NCBI GenBank assembly: GCA_043809315.1
Contig: JAZDDX010000010.1
Location: 16,019 to 80,018 of the forward strand
DNA: 64,000 bases
Origin: Pseudomonadota bacterium
Lineage (GTDB): Bacteria > Bdellovibrionota_G > JALEGL01 > DATDPG01
Direction of reading: 5' to 3'
Shown: piece after piece, positions 57,969 through 64,000 of the stretch
Layout: each line of letters opens with the position of its first letter
How positions within the stretch are numbered: the first letter of the stretch is position 1
Made by a program: the position numbers and the translations under genes
Notes under the pieces: generated by a model
The model's input: the letters and a program-made list of their open reading frames with translations, nothing else
What the model was told of the DNA's origin: nothing
Database searches by the model: none

Positions 57969-60217
57969 CGGCATTTCGAAGGCTCCGTACCCGGAAGGAA
58001 CGCTTCCCGCAACTGCTCGCCCGAACCGACGCACCCCTTCTCCCGGCGGATCTCCTTCCATACGATCGCGCGCGGGACGTGAAACGAATCCGTCGCAAGA
58101 AATCGTCGACTCTTCTGCATGAATCGGATCCAGAGCTGGAGAGCCCCCGAGGCCCCCGTCAGATGCGTCGGCGTCCCATCGTCGAACCCGACCCAAACGA
58201 CCGTCAGAAGAGAGGGGGAAAAACCGACGAACCAGCTGTCCTTCCCCTCATCGGTCGTCCCTGTCTTCCCCGCGAGATCCCCGTCGAGCCCTGCCTTCCG
58301 GGCGCTCGCCGCGGTCCCGCGGTCGATCACGCCGCGAAGAAGGTTCGTCACGAGAAACGAAACCTCCTCGGAAAGAACTCTCTCCACCTTCCCCGATCGC
58401 TGATCGAGACGGTGCCCGCTCGCATCGACGACGGCGGAAATCCCGATCGGCTCGCTCCGCAAACCGCCGTTCAAGAACGGGGTATACGCACGCGCCAGGG
58501 AAAGCGGCGTCACCTCGATCGTCCCGAGTACAGCGGAGGGAAGTTCGGAGACATTCTCAAATCCAGCCTTCCGCATCAGCTCGACGACCGAGGGAAGCCC
58601 CGTCCGGATGGCGAGATTCACCGTTGCCGTATTGAGCGACTTCTCGAGTGCGGTCCGAACCGTCGCCTCTCCCAGATACTGCCCTTCGTAGTTGCGTGGA
58701 CTCCATTCCCTTCCCGAGAAAGCGAACGTCGTCAAACGGTCGTCCAGAAGCGTGGCAGCCGTCGCGGCGGGAGTTCCCCCGTCCTTCGGCGATAGTGCAG
58801 CCGCGACGACGAACGGCTTGACGGCCGAGCCGGGTTGCCGCACCGCCAGGATGGCCCGGTTGAACTGCGAGTCGGCGTAATCCCGTCCCCCGACGAACGC
58901 CTTGATCACACCGGTTTGCGGTTGCAGGGCAACCAGCGCAGCCTGCAGGTGCTTCGACGGATCGATCCCCTTCATCAATTTGCGAACTCGCGCTTCGAGG
59001 TGTTTCGTCATCTCCGTGACTGAAATCGCGGCCGCTTCCTGCAGGTCGACGTCCAGGTTCGTAAAGACCCGAAGCCCGTCCTGGGTCAGTTGATCGGTCG
59101 AGAAGCGCTCCGAAAGTTCTCTCCGGGCGAAGTCGATGAAGTACGGTGCGCGGTCCGGAGTTCCCAACTTCCCGCGCGGTTCGATCCGTTCGCGGAGTGC
59201 CGACGCGAACGCTTCGTTCGTGATCTTTTCCTGAGCCAGGAGGAGCTTGAGAACGAGGTCCCTCCGGGCCCTGGCCCTCTCGATGCTGTTGTAGGGGGAG
59301 AACTGCCCGGGCGAACTGATCAGACCGACGAGAAGCGCCTGCTCTCCCAACGTCGTCAGGGCCAGCGGCTTTCCGAAATAGAACTTCGATGCCTCCCCGA
59401 AGCCGTGAATCGAAGCCGGTCCCTGCTGTCCGAGGTAGATCTCGTTTACGTACGCCTCGAAGATCTGATCTTTCGAGTAGAGCGTCTCCGCGACCAACGT
59501 CATGATCGCCTCTCGAACCTTCCTGGACAGGGTTCGGTCCGGTTTCAGGAAGAAGTTCTTCATCAGCTGCTGCGTGAGCGTGCTCCCCCCCTGAACGACT
59601 CTCATCCCGCGGAAATCGGTCCAGAGGGCGCGGAGCGTCCCGCGAAGGCTCAGGCCGTGATGCTGATAGAAGAAACGGTCCTCCATCAGGATGACTCCGT
59701 CCCGCAACGGCTGGGGAACTTCGCTCAAACGAACGAGAGTCCGCTCCTGCCTTTTGGAGTTGAAGAACTCCCCGAGCGGTTCCGGTTCAAGACCGACGGT
59801 AAAGAGCTCTTCCCCCCCGTCCCCTTTTTCGATCCGGGTGATCTGTTTGTCGGAATATCGGACGACGATTCGTTCCGCGGCCCGGTCTCCCGAAAGATCG
59901 CGGAACGCGCGCAAGCCGATTTCCACCTCTCCCGGCACCGCAGAAAAAAGACCGGTCTCGACCGGACGCCGCCTCGTCGGTTGATACCCGAGACGCCGAA
60001 GGTAGGCACACAACGATTCCTCCGGGTAGGTGGAGCCGGGGTAGAGAACCGGCGCGGCCGAATACAGGCGGGAGGGAAGCTCCCAGGTCCGGCCGGTCAT
60101 GCGGGAGGTGACTTCGTAGGCGGAGTCGAGCGCATAGGCGAAAACCGCCAGGATCGGCCCCCCCAACAACAAAAGGATGATCCAGGCCCGGAGTCGGTCT
60201 TTTCCCCTTTTTCCCAT
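57965..60217 (-). CDS. mrcB: Class A penicillin-binding protein 1B
   Basis: UB2H-like region, EDRFFYQHHG, GGSTLTQQL.KN, RKVREA, SAVK, SLN, KTGT. Confidence 0.9.
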   Translation of the reverse strand: MGKRGKDRLRAWIILLLLGGPILAVFAYALDSAYEVTSRMTGRTWELPSRLYSAAPVLYPGSTYPEESLCAYLRRLGYQPTRRRPVETGLFSAVPGEVEIGLRAFRDLSGDRAAERIVVRYSDKQITRIEKGDGGEELFTVGLEPEPLGEFFNSKRQERTLVRLSEVPQPLRDGVILMEDRFFYQHHGLSLRGTLRALWTDFRGMRVVQGGSTLTQQLMKNFFLKPDRTLSRKVREAIMTLVAETLYSKDQIFEAYVNEIYLGQQGPASIHGFGEASKFYFGKPLALTTLGEQALLVGLISSPGQFSPYNSIERARARRDLVLKLLLAQEKITNEAFASALRERIEPRGKLGTPDRAPYFIDFARRELSERFSTDQLTQDGLRVFTNLDVDLQEAAAISVTEMTKHLEARVRKLMKGIDPSKHLQAALVALQPQTGVIKAFVGGRDYADSQFNRAILAVRQPGSAVKPFVVAAALSPKDGGTPAATAATLLDDRLTTFAFSGREWSPRNYEGQYLGEATVRTALEKSLNTATVNLAIRTGLPSVVELMRKAGFENVSELPSAVLGTIEVTPLSLARAYTPFLNGGLRSEPIGISAVVDASGHRLDQRSGKVERVLSEEVSFLVTNLLRGVIDRGTAASARKAGLDGDLAGKTGTTDEGKDSWFVGFSPSLLTVVWVGFDDGTPTHLTGASGALQLWIRFMQKSRRFLATDSFHVPRAIVWKEIRREKGCVGSGEQLREAFLPGTEPSKCR

Positions 60218-60321
60218 TACGCTACGCACAATTTTCTGCCCACCTGCCGTGGTTGCAGCACCTTTTCACCCCCCGTCTATTCCCATATATCTGATATTAC
60301 AAGATAATTTTTGACCGACCC

Positions 60322-60338
60322 CTGGAACAGTCGTTGCT
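60322..60338 (+). promoter_or_regulatory. sigma54 promoter
   Basis: CTGGAACAGTCGTTGCT with GG-N10-GC; AT-rich upstream. Confidence 0.6.
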
Positions 60339-60351
60339 AACCTAAGGTCTA

Positions 60352-60825
60352 ATGGCTCTTTGCCACCGCCGGCACCCTAGGTTGCCTTTTCGCGTTCCGA
60401 TCGAGTATCGCGATTTCGAACGCTTCAATCCCGATGCCACGTTGAACGTGAGCGCCGACGGTCTCTTCATCCTGACCCCGAACCCCTTCCCCGTGGGACG
60501 ACGGTTCGCACTCCGTTTCGAAATCCCGGTGCTCAAGCTCTCCATCGACGTCTGGGGGCACGTGGTCTGGGCCTCCGATCCGGAGACGTACACCCCCGCC
60601 CGCCGTCATCCGACCGGCATGGCGATCGAGTTCGAGAACCTCGACCCGGATTTCCGTGCCGTTCTCGATCAGTTCGTCACGGTGAGCCTAGGCCTCGCAT
60701 CGATCGACCCGCGGATCGGGAAAGAGCTTCCCCCACGCCTTCAGCTCGAACTCCCGCATCCAGACGCGGAAACGACCGTCCCTTCCCTTGAACTCGACCT
60801 CCTGGTTCCGCCCGATTATCCGTAA
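60352..60825 (+). CDS. PilZ domain protein
   Basis: RRHPR (RxxxR) and NVSADG ([D/N]xSxxG); GMAIEF. Confidence 0.88.
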   Translation: MALCHRRHPRLPFRVPIEYRDFERFNPDATLNVSADGLFILTPNPFPVGRRFALRFEIPVLKLSIDVWGHVVWASDPETYTPARRHPTGMAIEFENLDPDFRAVLDQFVTVSLGLASIDPRIGKELPPRLQLELPHPDAETTVPSLELDLLVPPDYP

Positions 60826-60840
60826 GAACGGACGGCCGAA

Positions 60841-61980
60841 CTATTCCAGCACGTGGATGTTCTTCTTCCGGCACATCTCCTTGAGGATCTTCGGCCACAC
60901 CGTGACACTCACTTCGCCCAGGTGCGCGGTCCGGAGAAGGTACATCACCGTCCGAGCCTGCCCGATGCCGCCTCCGATCGAAAGCGGGAGATCGTTTGTC
61001 ACGATCCCCTGGTGGTACGGCATCTTCAAGAGATGGAGCTGGTTGGTGAGCTCGAGCTGCTTCCGCAACGTCTCCGCGTTCACTCGGACGCCCATCGAGG
61101 AGAGTTCGTGCCGGCGTTTGGTAATCGGGTTCCAGACGAGGATGTCGCCGTTCAACCCGTGCATCGGTTTTCCGTCCTTCGACTTCGTCTCGGTGACCCA
61201 ATCGTCATAGTCGGCTGCGCGCATCTCGTGCGGATAGCCGTCCTTCAAGGTCCAGCCGATCCCGTAGATGAAAACCGCCGGGTATTTCTGAAGGATCGCG
61301 GTTTCACGTTGTTTGCGCGGGAGATCGGGGAACATGTCGAGGATCTCCTCGGCATGCAGGAAGGTGAGCTTCTCCGGAATCGCCGGGTGTTTGCTCGCCG
61401 CAAGCTTCGGGAACTCTTTGCGCGCGTATTCGCCGGCGCCGTAGATGACTTCCCACAGTTTCTCGACCGTCTGGGTCAGATAGTTGAGGTTCCGATCCGG
61501 GGCGTTGATCGCCTGTTCCCAGTCCCATTGATCGACATAGGCGCTGTGATCGTGATCGAGGAAGTAATCCTTCCTTACGGCGCGCATGTCGGTGACGAGA
61601 CCTTCGCCTGGCTTCATGCCAAACTGTTTGAGCGCCACCCGCTTCCACTTCGTCGCGGCCTGCACGACCTGGGCATCGATCGGGTTCTTGTTGTAGTCGT
61701 TGGAGATGTGGAACTGAATCGGCGTGAGAGAGCCGTCGCGGTCGAGCATGTCGTTGACACCGCTCTCGACGTCGACGATCAGGGGAACCTCGACGCGGAT
61801 CAGGTTCAGCTTCTTGCAAAGATTGTCCTCGATGTGCCGCTTGACGGCAGTGATCGCCATCTGGGTCTCTTTCGAATTGAGCAACGGTTTGTAGTCGGTC
61901 GGTAACGCTTTCTCGAGCTCCTCGTAGTTCCCGATGCCGGGTCCTGCCAGGTCCGCCTTCTTGTCTGCTTTCTGAGTCAT
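60841..61980 (-). CDS. asnA: Aspartate--ammonia ligase
   Basis: KWKR, HSAYVDQWDWE, RAADYDDW, LNGDI, ELSSMG.RV, SIGGGIGQ.R. Confidence 0.94.
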   Translation of the reverse strand: MTQKADKKADLAGPGIGNYEELEKALPTDYKPLLNSKETQMAITAVKRHIEDNLCKKLNLIRVEVPLIVDVESGVNDMLDRDGSLTPIQFHISNDYNKNPIDAQVVQAATKWKRVALKQFGMKPGEGLVTDMRAVRKDYFLDHDHSAYVDQWDWEQAINAPDRNLNYLTQTVEKLWEVIYGAGEYARKEFPKLAASKHPAIPEKLTFLHAEEILDMFPDLPRKQRETAILQKYPAVFIYGIGWTLKDGYPHEMRAADYDDWVTETKSKDGKPMHGLNGDILVWNPITKRRHELSSMGVRVNAETLRKQLELTNQLHLLKMPYHQGIVTNDLPLSIGGGIGQARTVMYLLRTAHLGEVSVTVWPKILKEMCRKKNIHVLE

Positions 61981-62083
61981 ATCCACTCCTAATCCAGAGT
62001 TAGGGAAAAGGTGCGGCGTTTTTTATCACCGGAAACCTGTCTGGACAAGAAACGGGGCAGACGCATAGACTCCCCGCGGAACC

Positions 62084-63088
62084 ATGGCCGACGAACTCTC
62101 CTATCTGCAACCGATCCCCCTGCGGGCGATTTCCGACCGCGAGCAGCGCGCGAAAGATCTCCTCGTCGAGGAAATCCAGGAACTCAAGCGCAGGAAGCGT
62201 GCCTTCGTCCTCTGCCACAATTACCAGGCCCCCGAAGTCCACCGCATCGCGGATTCGGTCGGCGATTCGTACGGCCTTTCGGTCGCCGCCAAAAAGGCCG
62301 ACTGCGACCTCATCGTATTCTGCGGCGTCCGATTCATGGCCGAGACCGCGTACATCCTGAACCCCACGAAAAAGGTCCTTCTCCCCGAGGAAATGGCCGG
62401 ATGCGCCTTGTCCGACACCATCACCGCCGAGCAGCTCCGCACGTGGAAGAAGCGGTACCCCGGCGCGCCGGTCGTCATGTACGTCAACTGCAGCGCCGAG
62501 GTGAAGGCAGAGAGCGACGTAATCTGCACCAGTTCCAACGCACTCCATATCGTCGACTCGATCGAGGGGGATCCGGTCCTCTTCGGCCCGGACGCCAATC
62601 TGGCGAGTTTCGTCAAGGCCCGGACCCGGAAGAAGGTGATCGCATGGGACGGCTACTGCCCGGTCCATAAAGCGGTGACGCGTGAGATGCTGGAGAAGAC
62701 GATCGAGCGGTACCCGGACGCCGTGGTGATCGTACATCCGGAATGCAACCCCGACGTCGTCGACCTCGCCGACGAGGTGTTGAGCACGAGCCAGATGATC
62801 GACGTGATCGGAAAGCGTCCCGAAAGACAGTTCATCGTCGGGACCGAGATCGGTTTGATCCAAAAAGCGCAGGAGTTGTACCCCCAGAAAGAGATTCATC
62901 CAATCTACGAGCACAAGAGCTGCGATCAGTCGTGTGCCTGCCCGTATATGAAGGTGAACTCCCTGGAGAGCGTCTTGAGGTCCCTACAGACGGAAACCCA
63001 TGTTATTTCAGTGCCGGAACACCTCCGGACCAGGGCGTTGAAGGCGGTCGAGCGAATGCTGTCGATTGGTCTCCCGCGTTCACTGTGA
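62084..63088 (+). CDS. nadA: Quinolinate synthase
   Basis: HNYQ, GDS, FCGVRFMAE, AGC, YVN, CTSSNA, GYCPVH, HPEC, CPYMK. Confidence 0.96.
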   Translation: MADELSYLQPIPLRAISDREQRAKDLLVEEIQELKRRKRAFVLCHNYQAPEVHRIADSVGDSYGLSVAAKKADCDLIVFCGVRFMAETAYILNPTKKVLLPEEMAGCALSDTITAEQLRTWKKRYPGAPVVMYVNCSAEVKAESDVICTSSNALHIVDSIEGDPVLFGPDANLASFVKARTRKKVIAWDGYCPVHKAVTREMLEKTIERYPDAVVIVHPECNPDVVDLADEVLSTSQMIDVIGKRPERQFIVGTEIGLIQKAQELYPQKEIHPIYEHKSCDQSCACPYMKVNSLESVLRSLQTETHVISVPEHLRTRALKAVERMLSIGLPRSL

Positions 63089-63189
63089 CCTCCAGAAAGA
63101 CCCGGAACCCCCGTTGACAACAGGCAAAAATGATGCAATACAGCATTTTCTACTCAACTGCGAACGACCTGTGACTCCCAGAAAGACCC
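63083..63189 (+). repeat. 21-bp imperfect direct repeat flanking the intergenic region
   Basis: ctgtgacctccagaaagaccc (63083-63103) vs ctgtgactcccagaaagaccc (63169-63189), 19/21 identical. Confidence 0.7.
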
Positions 63190-64000
63190 CCACCTTCACC
63201 TTCCTTCTCTTTTTCAACACCGTTTTCGCCCTTTCGGCCTGCGTGGTCACCAACCAGGCGAAAGAGGGGACCGGAAACCTCGTCACGAACGCTACATTGA
63301 CGACGATCCAGGTCAATCCGGTGAATCCGTTCGTCATGAAGGGGTTAACCCAGTTATTCAGGGCTACCGGGATCTATTCGGACGGATCCGAACAGGACGT
63401 AACGGGCAGCGCGATATGGGTCGCCTCCGATCCATCCGTCGCAGCGTTTAGCACGACAGCCGGCTCCGAAAGCCTTGCTTCCGCCCTCGCGGTCGGTTCG
63501 ACGACCATCACAGCTATCTTTCAGTCGATTTCCGGCGCGACAACGCTGAACGTTACAAACCCACCATCGGCATCGAAAGAGATCACGCAGTTCACGATCC
63601 TCGGCGTCGATGGAACGATCGGGCCGAACACCGTCGCTTTAACCATGCCTTTTGGCACCGATGTCACAGCACTTACGCCGATCATCAACACAACCGGGGT
63701 GAATATCAACCCAGCCAACGGTGTCGCGCAGAATTTCACGAACCCCATTGTTTATACGGTGACCGCGGCAGACGGTTCCACCAAGACCTACATCGTTACG
63801 GTAAACGTGGCTCTCAACAGCGCCAAGAACATCACGGCCTTTGAAATCATGGGAATCCCCGCCGACACGATCGGCGTGAATACGATCGTCCTGACCCTTC
63901 CGTTCGGTACGCCGGTGACGTCCCTTACGCCGACGACCATCACCATCACCGGCGCAAGCGTAACTCCGGGCGTCGGCGAGCCTCGGGACTTTACCAACCC
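63171..64000 (+). CDS. Surface lipoprotein with Big_2 Ig-like domain and DUF5018-like repeats, truncated by the window end
   Basis: Manual translation from GTG 63171: LSAC lipobox, ATGIYSDGSEQDVT..A.W.ASD, KEITQF...P.GTDVT.L.P...NFTNP..YTVTAADGS; no stop before 64000. Confidence 0.8.
   Translation, partial: MTPRKTPTFTFLLFFNTVFALSACVVTNQAKEGTGNLVTNATLTTIQVNPVNPFVMKGLTQLFRATGIYSDGSEQDVTGSAIWVASDPSVAAFSTTAGSESLASALAVGSTTITAIFQSISGATTLNVTNPPSASKEITQFTILGVDGTIGPNTVALTMPFGTDVTALTPIINTTGVNINPANGVAQNFTNPIVYTVTAADGSTKTYIVTVNVALNSAKNITAFEIMGIPADTIGVNTIVLTLPFGTPVTSLTPTTITITGASVTPGVGEPRDFTN

Noticed and set aside
1-64000. Frequent CGATCG/GATC words (HIP1-like); search for tRNA, CRISPR, IS and prophage
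   Set aside because: The words are plausibly explained by ATC/GAT codon use and cannot be tested without counts. No RNA gene, array, integrase or transposase was recognised.

Overview
GC-rich (roughly 60-65% by eye), gene-dense bacterial chromosome segment with about 59 CDS. I found no rRNA, tRNA, CRISPR array, transposase or phage gene. Domain content (stand-alone MshEN, PilZ, AgmX/PglI-type TonB-C domain, DUF4388-like remnant, Hypr-type GGDEF, sigma54 promoters, several peptidoglycan enzymes) suggests a Myxococcota/Bdellovibrionota-like deltaproteobacterium; this is inference. Housekeeping genes include nadA/B/C, ino1, a lipA plus 2-oxoacid dehydrogenase cluster, ltaE, tdh, fumC, HMG-CoA lyase, glpD, gap, nfo, dCMP deaminase, an RluA-family synthase, rlmE, PBP1B and asnA. 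Main observations: (1) a GAPDH paralog lacking the catalytic Cys and phosphate-binding residues, translationally coupled to an intact gap; (2) a TPR / cNMP-FHA / GAF-GGDEF operon, divergent from a second FHA gene, whose GGDEF has the Asp-to-Ser signature of 3',3'-cGAMP synthases; (3) a 1484-aa metallopeptidase / beta-propeller / Omp85 protein; (4) a degenerate HD-GYP-like protein coupled to YjbQ; (5) a methyltransferase-Trm112 fusion; (6) four sigma54 promoters and many near-leaderless sigma70 promoters. All calls come from manual motif reading; no searches were run.
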